A DNA stretch of 64,000 nucleotides from an uncultured Gammaproteobacteria bacterium (GCA_964536205.1 CAZHVT010000001.1:69944-133943), one strand, 5' to 3'; shown: positions 48,637-58,617, counted from the stretch's first letter. Notes: a model not told the origin generated them from the letters alone. A program made the numbers and translations.

Positions 48637-49344
48637 ATGTCAGGACACAGTAAGTGGAACAATATTAAACAGCGAAAAGCTGCGCAGGATAAAAAGCGCG
48701 GGGCTTCGTTTACGAAGTTGATTCGGGGGGTTGAAATTGCTGCGCAGAGCGGGGGTGATCCAGAGAAAAATCCTACGCTGCGTGTTGCGATTGATTCAGC
48801 AAAAAAAGGTTCGGTTCCAAAGGATACGATTGATCGTGCGATTAAACGTGGGACGGGTGAAGATAAAGATGGTGCGCGTATGGAAGAGGCTTTGTATGAA
48901 GGATACGGTCCGGGGAAAGTTGCGGTTCTAGTTGAGAGTGTGACAGATAATAAGAATCGTGCGGCTTCTGATATTAAGCATGCATTTTCAAAATATGGTG
49001 GTTCGTTTGGTGGAAGTGGAACAGTGAAATGGATGTTTGATCGTCGTGCTGTGATGTCAGCACCTGGTGAAGCTTCAGATGATTTACAATTAGCTTTGAT
49101 GGATGCGGGAGCGTCTGAAATTGATGATTCAGATGGATTGAATATTGCGGGGCCAGTAGAATCGTTTTCACAATTATCGAAAGTGTTTGAAGAAAATGAT
49201 GTGAAGCCAGATATGTCCTCTATTATGTGGGTGGCGAAAGATACAGTTGAGTTATCGTCGGATGATATGGGGCGATTACAGAAAATGTTGGATGCGCTTG
49301 ATGAATTGGATGATGTTGCGGAAGTGTATACGAATGTAAGATAA
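48637..49344 (+). CDS. yebC: YebC/PmpR family protein
   Basis: MSGHSKWNNIK, YEGYGPG, TDNKNR. Confidence 0.95.
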   Translation: MSGHSKWNNIKQRKAAQDKKRGASFTKLIRGVEIAAQSGGDPEKNPTLRVAIDSAKKGSVPKDTIDRAIKRGTGEDKDGARMEEALYEGYGPGKVAVLVESVTDNKNRAASDIKHAFSKYGGSFGGSGTVKWMFDRRAVMSAPGEASDDLQLALMDAGASEIDDSDGLNIAGPVESFSQLSKVFEENDVKPDMSSIMWVAKDTVELSSDDMGRLQKMLDALDELDDVAEVYTNVR

Positions 49345-49474
49345 AAGGTAAAAGCGAAAAAGTAAAAACCACAACTCAAATTTAAAAGTTTTGTTCGTTG
49401 TCATTCCGTAGTCGTACGGAATCCATGTGTTGTGTGGTGCAGTCTTGATGGATCCCGGCCTGCGCCGGGATGAT
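49342..49474. repeat. Composite A-rich unit plus GTCAT REP dimer
   Basis: Counterpart of 6897-7037. Confidence 0.8.
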
Positions 49475-49486
49475 ATGTTTTTTTCT

Positions 49487-49999
49487 ATGTCAATCGTCAA
49501 TCGTCAATCGTCAATTCGTGTTTTAGGACTTGATCCTGGATATGCTCGCTGTGGTTGGGGTGTTGTTGATTATTCTGGCGATACAACATATGTTGCGCAT
49601 GGATGTTTTGAAACCCACAAGGATGAGAAATTTGAGAATCGTTTGAAAATTATCGGAGAAGCTTTGGAAAAAGTAATTGAAGAATATAAACCTGATCGAA
49701 TTGCGATAGAAGAATTATTTTTTGCAAAAAGTACGACGACAGCTTTGAAAGTATGCCATGCTCGTGGTGTGCTTTTTTTTATCGCAGCGAAATTTGGGAT
49801 TCCGATTGATGAGATGAAACCTTCACAAGTGAAACAAGGATTAACAGGATATGGAAAAGCAGATAAATCGCAAATGCAGATGATGGTGAAATTGCAATTG
49901 AAATTACAGACTGTTCCGCAGCCGGATGATGCAGCTGATGCACTGGCTGTGGCGATTGTTGGGGCTGTGTGTCATAGAACATTAGCCTTGCCAACGTAG
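49487..49999 (+). CDS. ruvC: Holliday junction resolvase RuvC
   Basis: VLGLDPG, IEELFF, GYGKADK, DDAADALA. Confidence 0.95.
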   Translation: MSIVNRQSSIRVLGLDPGYARCGWGVVDYSGDTTYVAHGCFETHKDEKFENRLKIIGEALEKVIEEYKPDRIAIEELFFAKSTTTALKVCHARGVLFFIAAKFGIPIDEMKPSQVKQGLTGYGKADKSQMQMMVKLQLKLQTVPQPDDAADALAVAIVGAVCHRTLALPT

Positions 50000-50039
50000 T
50001 TTTTAGGTGATACGTTGTAGTGTAGGGTAGGAGGTATAT

Positions 50040-50663
50040 ATGAGTTCTTTAACAGCAGAGATACGCGAGAAGTTGCAGCTCGAGCGGATGATTTTTCATA
50101 TCGCTTCGTGTTGTTTGATCGGTTTTACGTATCTATTTGCGCAGCCGACGCGCAGTGAAGCGTTAACGATCTTGATTCCCACGACCGGCATTTTTTTTCT
50201 TCTTGATGTGACGCGATTGTTCATTCCGAAGTGGCGTGAATTTTGTATCCGTCATTACGATGTTCTCATGAGATCATATGAAGAAAAAAGCTTGAGTGCG
50301 ATTACGTGGAATATTTTGGGTGTATTGCTTGCAGTATATTTTTTTCCGCGTGAGCTTGCTGCTGCGGCGATTTTGTTTGCTGGGGTGGTTGATCCTATTG
50401 CGCGATTCGCTGGTGTTTTGTGGGGTAAGATTCAGATTGGTACACTGAAAAAAACTGTTGCAGGAGTTGCTGGCGGAGCATTAGCAGGTTTGGTGATGGC
50501 AGCTTCCATAACCACAACCATGAGTGCGATTTTCCCGCGCTTAACATTTGGTGTTCTTGCGCTGGGTTCCATGTCCGCATCACTCTGTGAATTGTTTGCG
50601 GGTAAGTTGGATAATCTCTTGATTCCACTTGGTTCTGCTGGAACAATGCTGTTGTTTATGTAA
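50040..50663 (+). CDS. CTP-dependent polyprenol/diacylglycerol kinase-like membrane protein
   Basis: R.IFH, DPIA..G, KKTVAG, E..DNLLIP pattern; multiple TMs. Confidence 0.7.
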   Translation: MSSLTAEIREKLQLERMIFHIASCCLIGFTYLFAQPTRSEALTILIPTTGIFFLLDVTRLFIPKWREFCIRHYDVLMRSYEEKSLSAITWNILGVLLAVYFFPRELAAAAILFAGVVDPIARFAGVLWGKIQIGTLKKTVAGVAGGALAGLVMAASITTTMSAIFPRLTFGVLALGSMSASLCELFAGKLDNLLIPLGSAGTMLLFM

Positions 50664-50750
50664 ACACTGCCTACGGGCAGTTTTTTTATTGACCGTGTTC
50701 AAAGTTTGTGTTAGCATCTGTGATGTTCATTATCATAAGGAGGTGCAGAA

Positions 50751-51299
50751 ATGTTGTCTCGATTGTATCGATCGATGTTTGAATGGCGGTTTGAGCAGCC
50801 ATCCATGGATGAATTACAAAAAGCTGATGCGATTGTCGTGCAAGCATACAGTAGATCTCGTCATGGAGATGGTCCTGGTCGTGCGAATTACATACTTGCA
50901 TATACGGCATTTGATATGTGGGAAGCATTTAAGCTTCCTGTCCTTAGTATGACTGAGATTCAAATGACTCGAAAGGATCCGCCGACGAAGTTTGTCTATA
51001 AAGGACAAACAGGTGGTCATTCAACGCAGGATTGTAATACGTTCACGATTGCCCAGGCACATGCGAAGTTCTGTGCCGAGAGGGGATATAAAACAGTCAT
51101 TGTTGTTGCCAGCGAACCACATATGGGACGTGCGCTTTGGTGTTATGAGCGACTTGGTCTTGCGACTATACCGATGCCAGTTGAGATTCGACAATGTCTA
51201 AGTTCAAATTACTTGCATTGGAGTCATCGTGGCGTTATGCGATTTGCTGTGAGAGAATTTTGCGTGAGATTGATGTTTCTTGCTAAAGGTCACATCTAA
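50751..51299 (+). CDS. YdcF/DUF218-like protein
   Basis: ADAIVV, NT..A, VIVVAS.PHMGRA, C-terminal RE; own TTGACC promoter and SD. Confidence 0.6.
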   Translation: MLSRLYRSMFEWRFEQPSMDELQKADAIVVQAYSRSRHGDGPGRANYILAYTAFDMWEAFKLPVLSMTEIQMTRKDPPTKFVYKGQTGGHSTQDCNTFTIAQAHAKFCAERGYKTVIVVASEPHMGRALWCYERLGLATIPMPVEIRQCLSSNYLHWSHRGVMRFAVREFCVRLMFLAKGHI

Positions 51300-51348
51300 A
51301 ATTGTGTAATCAAAAACCTCCCAGGATGGGAGGCTTTTTTATTTGCTG

Positions 51349-53580
51349 CTAGTTTCTGCGAGGTCCTCGATCGTCTCTTCCTCGGCTTGGACTTCCGCCG
51401 CGGCCGGTGCCGGGTTTGCGGTCTTCCCAACCTTCTGGTTTTGGAAGTAGGTCTTTCATGGAGAGTTTGATTTTTCCATCAGCTCCCACTTCTTTTACTT
51501 TTACTTTTACTATGTCGCCGAGTTTCACGACGTCGGTTACATTTTCAGTTCGTGACCATGCTAATTCTGATACGTGTACCAATCCATCTGTTCCAGGAGT
51601 TAATTCAACGAAAGCTCCGAAATCCATAATGCGGACAACTTTACCTTCGTATTCTTCTCCAGCTTCGATTTTCTTCGTGAGTTTTTCAATCCATTCGATT
51701 GCTTCTTTCATTTTTTCTCCGTTATCTGAAGCGATGAAAACTGTTCCATCTTGTTCAATGTCAATTGAAACGCCTGTTGTATCAATAATTTCATTGATTT
51801 GTTTTCCACCTGGGCCAATAACGACACGAATCATTTCTGGATCGATATGTAATGTTTCAATACGTGGAGCATATGGTGAGAGATCTGAACGAGCTTCTTT
51901 AATAGCTTTTTCCATTGATTCAATCACGTGAACGCGGCCATCAAGAGCTTGGTTGATAGTTTGCTTCACGATGTCTTTGTTCAATCCGAGTGTTTTTGTA
52001 TCCATTTGAATGGCTGTGATTCCATCGCGTGTTCCCGTGATTTTGAAATCCATACCACCTTCTCCGTCTTCCAAATCTTGTAGATCTGTGATGACTTGCC
52101 ATTCCCCTTCTTTGTTTGAAGCTAATCCCATAGCTACTCCACCAACTGTTTTGGTGATAGGTACGCCGGCGTCCATCAATGAAAGTGATGAACCACACGC
52201 TGATGCCATTGAAGATGATCCGTTTGAACCAAACACTTCTGATACCACCCGAATGGTGTACGGGAAGTCTTCTTTTGCGGGCAATACAGGCAACAGTGCT
52301 TTTTCTGCCAATGAACCGTGTCCGATATCTCGTCGAGATGGACCGCGGTTTGGGCGAGCTTCTCCCACAGAAAATGCGGGGAAGTTGTAGTGATGCATGT
52401 ATCGTTTTTTACTTGATCCTTCAATTCCTTCCAATGTTTGTACATCGCCGGGAGATCCGAGTGTGACGATTGAAAGTACTTGTGTTTCTCCACGATTGAA
52501 CAATCCTGTTCCATGAGTTCGTGGAAGTGTTCCGACAAGTGATGAAAGTTCTCGTGTTTCTGTAACAGATCGTCCATCGATGCGACGTTTGTTCTTGATG
52601 ATCTCATCAGACACAACGCGACCGATCATGTATTTTAGGTTTGAGAGGATTTTCTTTTTCGCTTCTACTGCAACTTGTTTTTCTGTGAGATGTTCATCGA
52701 GTTTTTCGCTGATGATTGCAAAAGCTGCTTTTCGTTCTTTTTTCCAGACGAGTGGTTTTTCGTAGAGAACGCCTGGTGCGAAATCATCCAAGAATTTTAC
52801 TGCTAAATCTTTTGCATGTTGTTCTTGTGTGTAGATTTCTTCCAGCTCTGGAGTTGAAACGTCTGGTTCTTGTTTTTTCTTTCCAACTTTTTTTACGATA
52901 GTGTTAATGAGTCCGACAACTTCTTTCAAATGCTTCTGACCGAATTCAATTGCTTCGATCATGTCAGCTTCATTCACTTCGTTTGCTTCTGCCTCAACCA
53001 TGATAACCATGTCTGGCGTTCCACATACGATCAAATCGAGTTTTGATTTTAATCGTGCTTCATATGTTGGGTTGATTACCCATTCTTTTTTGCTTCCATC
53101 TTCAGATGCGATACGTCCTACACGGATTCCTCCGATTGGACCATTCCATGGAATATCTGAAATTGAAAGTGCGATAGATGCTGCGACAATTCCGATAACA
53201 TCGGGATCATTTTCTCCATCGACGGAAAGTGGTGTCACTACAACTTGCACATCTTTTCGTCCAGATGCATCAAAAAGCGGTCGAATAGTTCGATCGATCA
53301 TGCGTGATGTTAATACTGCGGTGTCTGTTGGTCGGCCTTCGCGTTTGATAAAGCGTGAGCCTTTGATGATACCAGCTGCGTAGAGTTTCTCATCGAAATC
53401 TACCATCAGTGGGAACCAATCGATTCCTTCGCGCGCACTTTGTCCCATGACAGTTGTTGCCATAACGACGGTATCGCCGTAACGCACGGTACATGACGCG
53501 CTTGCTTGAAGTGCCATACGGCCAACTTCAACTGAGAGGGTGCGTCCGCCCCATTGGGTCTCAAATGTTTCTATGTTCAT
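51349..53580 (-). CDS. pnp: Polyribonucleotide nucleotidyltransferase
   Basis: FPLMVD, REGRP, RTHGTGLFNRGETQ, SNGSSSMAS, MDFK, KH and S1 domains. Confidence 0.98.
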   Translation of the reverse strand: MNIETFETQWGGRTLSVEVGRMALQASASCTVRYGDTVVMATTVMGQSAREGIDWFPLMVDFDEKLYAAGIIKGSRFIKREGRPTDTAVLTSRMIDRTIRPLFDASGRKDVQVVVTPLSVDGENDPDVIGIVAASIALSISDIPWNGPIGGIRVGRIASEDGSKKEWVINPTYEARLKSKLDLIVCGTPDMVIMVEAEANEVNEADMIEAIEFGQKHLKEVVGLINTIVKKVGKKKQEPDVSTPELEEIYTQEQHAKDLAVKFLDDFAPGVLYEKPLVWKKERKAAFAIISEKLDEHLTEKQVAVEAKKKILSNLKYMIGRVVSDEIIKNKRRIDGRSVTETRELSSLVGTLPRTHGTGLFNRGETQVLSIVTLGSPGDVQTLEGIEGSSKKRYMHHYNFPAFSVGEARPNRGPSRRDIGHGSLAEKALLPVLPAKEDFPYTIRVVSEVFGSNGSSSMASACGSSLSLMDAGVPITKTVGGVAMGLASNKEGEWQVITDLQDLEDGEGGMDFKITGTRDGITAIQMDTKTLGLNKDIVKQTINQALDGRVHVIESMEKAIKEARSDLSPYAPRIETLHIDPEMIRVVIGPGGKQINEIIDTTGVSIDIEQDGTVFIASDNGEKMKEAIEWIEKLTKKIEAGEEYEGKVVRIMDFGAFVELTPGTDGLVHVSELAWSRTENVTDVVKLGDIVKVKVKEVGADGKIKLSMKDLLPKPEGWEDRKPGTGRGGSPSRGRDDRGPRRN

Positions 53581-53590
53581 ATAGAATTTT

Positions 53591-53645
53591 GCTGACCCAC
53601 AAACTCGAGGTTACCTTTCGGTAGGCTCTATGTCTGTGGACCAGC
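53591..53645 (-). promoter_or_regulatory. pnp leader stem-loop
   Basis: GCTGGTCCACAGAC/GTTTGTGGGTCAGC stem capped by TACC-GAAA-GGTA, 10 nt before ATG. Confidence 0.55.
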
Positions 53646-53731
53646 TGTTAATATTAGTAAGTATAAATAACTTATTCTGAAAGGAGTATATCAAAAAAGC
53701 CGTTTTTAGTCAACGGCTTCATGTGGGTTGT

Positions 53732-54331
53732 TTATTTTCTTGTTGTGCGACGAGTGGTTGGTTTGCGAGTTGATTTAGTTGCTGGTTTTTTGGTTGATGT
53801 GCGACGTGTTGGGGTGTGTCGAGTTAGGGGTCGGCGAGATTTGATGAGGAATCGATCGTCTTCTCCGAGGTCGGTGAAAATGTCTGCGTGCTCGACGAGT
53901 TTTGATGAGGTTGTTCTGCGGAATGCCATAACTTCGACTTGGCGGCCGCGTTGTTTTAAGTATTCTAACAATGGGATGTAATCACCGTCGCCAGAAACGA
54001 GGATGATGACATCAAGGACGTCACAGATTCGGACACAATCAATAGTAATACCGACATCCCAATCTGCTTTTTTGTGTCCTCCAAAAAATATTTGTAAATC
54101 TCTTTCTTTTGTTTCAATACCTCGTTTTACGAGTGCGTCGAGAAATGGTTTTTCTTCTTGTTCTTCTGTGCGTACGACGTATGCGATGGCGCGAATGAGT
54201 TGACGGTCGTCGAGACCTTCTTTGACTATTTTTGCAAAATCGACGTGAGCGCCGTGTAAGTTTTTTGCTGAATAATATAAATTTTGGACGTCGATGAATA
54301 CACCGACGCGTTGGTGTGTGTTTTTAATCAT
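53732..54331 (-). CDS. NYN domain (LabA/DUF88) protein
   Basis: VFIDVQNLY, KADWDV, LVSGDGDY. Confidence 0.9.
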   Translation of the reverse strand: MIKNTHQRVGVFIDVQNLYYSAKNLHGAHVDFAKIVKEGLDDRQLIRAIAYVVRTEEQEEKPFLDALVKRGIETKERDLQIFFGGHKKADWDVGITIDCVRICDVLDVIILVSGDGDYIPLLEYLKQRGRQVEVMAFRRTTSSKLVEHADIFTDLGEDDRFLIKSRRPLTRHTPTRRTSTKKPATKSTRKPTTRRTTRK

Positions 54332-54433
54332 AAAATTAGCGTTTAGGTTTTAGCGGTTAGCGTTTAGTTTAAAATTGTTTCAATTTTTTAAAAGGTTTGG
54401 GTTGTAAGGAGCGTAGGGCACGTTACATCAACT

Positions 54434-54505
54434 GTCATTGCGAGGAGGTACGACGTGGCAATCTTTTTTATATGGATCCCTCCCCCCGCCTACGCTCGGG
54501 ATGAC
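54434..54505. repeat. GTCAT REP heterodimer
   Basis: GTCATTGCGAGG..GCAATC and GGATCCC..GGGATGAC. Confidence 0.65.
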
Positions 54506-54588
54506 ACGTTGTTGTGGTTCGGTTTTCTATTGTAGCAGATTTTTGTGTAGGAAACGAGACGCCACCTCGCAAGAGGTGGCGTTTGTTT

Positions 54589-54918
54589 TTATCCTTGTTG
54601 TTGTGCCTGTGCCATCTGTGACGGAATTGGTTTGGTTGGTTGTGCAACGACTGCTTTATTTAGTTTCAATGCTTCAACCAATTTTTCCCAACGTTTTTTG
54701 TCTTCTCGTTCGAGGTATCGGAGGAGTCTGCGACGCTCTGATACTTTTCGGAGCAATCCTCGTCGTGAGGAATGATCCTTCTTGTGTTCTTGTAAATGTT
54801 TTGTGAGATATTTGATCTCATGAGTGAGGATCGCGATTTGAACCTCTGGTGAACCGGTGTCCGATTCATGTGTGCGGAACTTCTCGATGATGTTCTGCTT
54901 TTGACGTTTGGTCATCAT
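54589..54918 (-). CDS. rpsO: 30S ribosomal protein S15
   Basis: [25 protein letters not shown]. Confidence 0.97.
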   Translation of the reverse strand: MMTKRQKQNIIEKFRTHESDTGSPEVQIAILTHEIKYLTKHLQEHKKDHSSRRGLLRKVSERRRLLRYLEREDKKRWEKLVEALKLNKAVVAQPTKPIPSQMAQAQQQG

Positions 54919-54935
54919 ATCACGCGTTTTGTTAT

Positions 54936-54965
54936 GGCTTGCGCAGGGCGTGTCCCGCGCAGCTC
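54936..54965 (-). promoter_or_regulatory. rpsO leader hairpin (candidate S15 autoregulatory element)
   Basis: GC-rich GCTGCGCGGG-ACACG-CCCTGCGCAAGC hairpin 17 nt upstream of ATG. Confidence 0.45.
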
Positions 54966-55144
54966 TGATTAATGAGGGTATATTAGGATATATTGTATTT
55001 GTTGTCAACTGTATTTTTTTGCTTTTTTATCTCACGACCTTCGTATTTCAGAACTACTTTTTTCGCATGAAAGCTGCCTCTTTTTAAGGAAATTTCTTGC
55101 AGTGCTTTTTCAAAAAAGCACGAAAAACTTTCGCGCCACGTTCT

Positions 55145-55248
55145 GTTCAGGGTTTAACTTGGTTTTTCAGACAAAAAATTAAACTCGCTACAACGCTCAG
55201 ACAGTAATTTTTTGTAGCTGAAAAACCGTCGTTAAACTAATCCTGAAC
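55145..55248. repeat. Long imperfect inverted repeat
   Basis: GTTCAGG..GTTTAAC..GGTTTTTCAG-ACAAAAAATTA / TAATTTTTTGT..CTGAAAAACC..GTTAAAC..CCTGAAC. Confidence 0.7.
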
Positions 55249-55348
55249 GCCACTATGCGCGGCGGCTATCGCCGACTTATAGAGCTGCTATCGCAGATTT
55301 TTATTTGGTGCTTCGCACTTCGGGTTAAGTGTCGTATAATGTATTCCT

Positions 55349-56299
55349 ATGCCAGATAGTCAGCTTTTGAAAACAATGAAACAGTTTTTGGATTATCTTG
55401 AGGTTGAGAAAAATCGGAGTGTTTTGACGCGGCGGAATTATGCTTTGTATTTGAGGAGGTTTATGAAGTTCTCAAAGTTATCGAAAACTTCGCAGATCAC
55501 AAAGGATGATGTAAGGAAATTTCGGATGTGGTTGCATCGGAAGAAAACTGCGAAAGGAAAAACATTGTCGCCGTCGACACAGAATTATCATTTGATTGCG
55601 TTGCGGAGTTTTTTGGGATATTGCGCGAAGATGGATATCCGCGCGCTTGCACCGGAAAAAGTTGAGTTAGCGAAGATTGCAGATCGTCAGGTGAATTTTA
55701 TGGAAGGTTCTGATGTGATGCGATTGTTGCGAGCGCCGTTACAAGGGGATGTGAATATTGTGAATTTGCGTGATGCCGCGATTTTGGAATTATTGTTTTC
55801 GACTGGTTTGCGAGTTTCAGAATTGGTTGGTTTGAAAAAGGAAGATATTAATTTGAAGCGAGATGATTTTACGGTTCGTGGAAAGGGTCGGAAGATGCGG
55901 ATTGTGTTTTTGTCGGATCGATCGAAAAAGGCGATTTTGAAATATTTGAAAAAGCGCGAGGATTTGAATCCGTATTTATTTGTGTCGCATGATCCGGCGA
56001 AAAAGAAACGCCATGCACCACGTGGGGTGCATGGTGGGCGCGATGTTGGTTTATCGCCGCGGACTATTCAGCGGATTGTTGATCGATATGCTAAGGAGGC
56101 GGGGATTACGCGCAAGATTTCTCCGCATGCTTTGCGACATTCATTTGCGACCGATCTCTTGCGTAATGGCGCGGATTTGCGTAGTGTACAGGCATTGTTA
56201 GGGCATTCTTCGATTACGACGACGCAGGTTTATACGCATGTTTCGGATAAGCATCTTAAAGAAGTCCACAAACGTTTTCATGACAAAAAAGACACATAA
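55349..56299 (+). CDS. xerC: Tyrosine recombinase XerC/D family
   Basis: SAM-like N-domain, STGLRVSEL, GKGRK.R, HALRHSFAT, LLGH, TTQVY; the C versus D assignment is uncertain. Confidence 0.9.
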   Translation: MPDSQLLKTMKQFLDYLEVEKNRSVLTRRNYALYLRRFMKFSKLSKTSQITKDDVRKFRMWLHRKKTAKGKTLSPSTQNYHLIALRSFLGYCAKMDIRALAPEKVELAKIADRQVNFMEGSDVMRLLRAPLQGDVNIVNLRDAAILELLFSTGLRVSELVGLKKEDINLKRDDFTVRGKGRKMRIVFLSDRSKKAILKYLKKREDLNPYLFVSHDPAKKKRHAPRGVHGGRDVGLSPRTIQRIVDRYAKEAGITRKISPHALRHSFATDLLRNGADLRSVQALLGHSSITTTQVYTHVSDKHLKEVHKRFHDKKDT

Positions 56300-56311
56300 G
56301 AACGCATGTTT

Positions 56312-56383
56312 GCCCCTGTAGTTCAATGGATAGAACGCGAGCCTTCTAAGCTCGATATGTAAGTTCGATTCTTACCGGGGGTA
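56312..56383 (+). tRNA. tRNA-Arg(TCT)
   Basis: Full cloverleaf; anticodon arm CGAGC-CTTCTAA-GCTCG; CCA not encoded. Confidence 0.95.
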
Positions 56384-56407
56384 TAGATGTGTTCTTTTAA
56401 AGGAATT

Positions 56408-57058
56408 ATGAAATTACAATTTGAATACGACATCGATATGGATGTCAAAAATATCATGAAGGGGAAGCGGTCGGTGAATAATAAAAAACCGACTCGATTT
56501 CAGAATTTGATTGCCGATGAGTGCGGTGAGGATTTTGATGATGAGGATGCGAAAATTTTTATAAAGAAATATGTAGAGAATGATGATGTAGATGTTTCTT
56601 CGGAGATAGATCGATTTGAAAAAGAATGGAAACGTGTTGAATCGGATTTTACAGAGCGTGTTGAGAAGATGTTTGGTATGTCATATCCGTCGCCTGTTGT
56701 TACGGTATATCTGTCACATAATCAGCGTAGTACCTATAATATTGCGGAAGATTATTTTTTTGTGATGATTGGTTCTCAGATTTCCAATCAAGTTGTGATG
56801 CATGAGTTGCTGCATTTTTATACATGGCATGCATTTGGAAAGAAGTTTATTGATGATGGGCTTTCAAAGTCTCGATATAATGAAGTGAAGGAGTCGCTGA
56901 CAGAATTACTTAATGTTGAGTTTTCAGATTTGATGGATGGGGAGATTGATAAGGGTTATCCGCAACATACGGTCATGCGAGAGAAAGTTCGAGAGATGTG
57001 GCTGGAGAAAAAGGATGTTAGAAGTGTTTTTGATTTTTTAGTAAGCAGTAATGTATGA
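56408..57058 (+). CDS. Hypothetical protein with HExxH motif
   Basis: VMHELLHFY..KESLT; possible zincin fold. Confidence 0.7.
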   Translation: MKLQFEYDIDMDVKNIMKGKRSVNNKKPTRFQNLIADECGEDFDDEDAKIFIKKYVENDDVDVSSEIDRFEKEWKRVESDFTERVEKMFGMSYPSPVVTVYLSHNQRSTYNIAEDYFFVMIGSQISNQVVMHELLHFYTWHAFGKKFIDDGLSKSRYNEVKESLTELLNVEFSDLMDGEIDKGYPQHTVMREKVREMWLEKKDVRSVFDFLVSSNV

Positions 57059-57990
57059 AATATATTGTAACTGGAGGAGCGGGATTTGTTGGGTCTCATG
57101 TGGTTGATGCTCTGCTTACGCGTGGTGATGAGGTTCATATTATTGATGATTTGTCTTCGGGGAAGCGTGAGCATTTACATCGTGATGCAGTTTTTCATGA
57201 GATGAATCTTTCAGATTTTGAGGGTTTGAAAAAAGTTTTTGAGGGTGCTGATGGGGTATTTCATTTGGCGGCGCAGGCACGAATGCAATATTCGATTGCC
57301 GAGCCGTTGTTGACGCATCATTCAAATACGACTGGGACACTGCATGTTTTGTTGGCAGCGCGGGATTGTGGGGTGCGGCGAGTTGTATACTCTGCATCAT
57401 CATCTGCATATGGTGCGAAGGATGTGATGCCGGTTATAGAGAATATGGAAGCTTCGCCGATTATTCCGTATGCTGTGATGAAGTTTGTTGGTGAGAAGTA
57501 TTGTGAGATGATGCCAGTTTTTTATGATTTAGAGACGGTGAGTTTGAGATATTTTAATGTGTACGGGCCACGACAAACTACGGATATGGACGGGGCGTAT
57601 GCGACGGTGATTGGGATCTTTTGTGGGAAAGCGGAGAAGGGATTGAAGATGCCGATTGTGGGAGATGGATTACAGAAGAGAGATTTTACAAATGTGAAGG
57701 ATGTTGTGCGTGCTAATTTATTGGCGATGTCATCTGATAAAGTTGGAAAAGGAGAGATCTTGAATATTGGAACGGGTGTAAGTTATGAAATAAAAAAAGT
57801 CGCTGAAATGATTGGTGGGGAGATTGAGTTTATTCCGAAACGTCCGGGGGAGGTTCATGAAGTTCGTGCGGATAATTCGAAAGCTCGCGAATTGATTGGA
57901 TGGCAACCAGAAGTTACATTTGAACAAGGAATTGAGGAGTTGAGGGTTTTGCATGGGTTGAAGGAGAAGGCTGTAGTCTTGTCATCCTGA
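57055..57990 (+). CDS. NAD-dependent nucleotide-sugar epimerase/dehydratase
   Basis: VTGGAGFVGSH, YxxxK (YAVMK), LRYFNVYGP, RDF. Confidence 0.93.
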   Translation: MKYIVTGGAGFVGSHVVDALLTRGDEVHIIDDLSSGKREHLHRDAVFHEMNLSDFEGLKKVFEGADGVFHLAAQARMQYSIAEPLLTHHSNTTGTLHVLLAARDCGVRRVVYSASSSAYGAKDVMPVIENMEASPIIPYAVMKFVGEKYCEMMPVFYDLETVSLRYFNVYGPRQTTDMDGAYATVIGIFCGKAEKGLKMPIVGDGLQKRDFTNVKDVVRANLLAMSSDKVGKGEILNIGTGVSYEIKKVAEMIGGEIEFIPKRPGEVHEVRADNSKARELIGWQPEVTFEQGIEELRVLHGLKEKAVVLSS

Positions 57991-58051
57991 ACGTTTTAGT
58001 CGAAGGATCTGGTTTTTCCTCATGACGGATCCCGTACGACTACGGGATGAC
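57981..58051. repeat. GTCAT REP dimer overlapping the epimerase stop codon
   Basis: GTCATCCTGAAC..GAAGGATC and GGATCCCGTACGACTACGGGATGAC. Confidence 0.7.
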
Positions 58052-58146
58052 AAAGGATCGCGAGAAATCGCGGTTTTTGTATTGACAAAGTTTAAAAAGT
58101 GTGATAGATTTGGATTGTTCATTTGATTTAGAAAAAGGAGTTTCAT

Positions 58147-58617
58147 ATGCCTAGAAGGCTAGCATCACTTTTTCCATACAAGCCTGGTTACATTTGCCGT
58201 CGGGTCAATACTTTGCTTGGAACGACGTTTGAGTTTGAGGTTCCTGCTGAGCACATGCGGAAACGTGAGTCGGGTTGGATATTGGAAATTGCATGCATCA
58301 ACAAGAACAATAAAGTTCTCGGTTGTACAACGGGGTTGTCATTCAATGCTACTCATGGTGAGCCTGGAGTTCCGATCAGCATTTCCGAGAGACACAGCAT
58401 CACGATTACTTGTGCGACAGATGAGGATTTGCAGGATTTGCTTCGTCGAATGAAGAATGCGCCGGAAGGTTCATTTCCGGCTTCGCCAATCAGTACGAGG
58501 AATCGCATAACTCTTGCAGAATGGATGCAGTTGATTCGAGAGGAGGATTCCTTTTATGCTGGCATTCATCGCAGCGAGCTCGATCGTCTGAATCGACTTC
58601 TTGAAGAAGTGCTTTAG
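58147..58617 (+). CDS. Hypothetical protein (ORFan cassette)
   Basis: TTGACA 58082-17bp-TAGATT, AAGGAG SD, terminator 58622-58644. Confidence 0.7.
   Translation: MPRRLASLFPYKPGYICRRVNTLLGTTFEFEVPAEHMRKRESGWILEIACINKNNKVLGCTTGLSFNATHGEPGVPISISERHSITITCATDEDLQDLLRRMKNAPEGSFPASPISTRNRITLAEWMQLIREEDSFYAGIHRSELDRLNRLLEEVL

Noticed and set aside
55349-56383. Prophage or island integrase at tRNA-Arg
   Set aside because: The protein looks like housekeeping XerC/D, no duplicated tRNA-Arg 3' end was seen, and no phage genes flank it.
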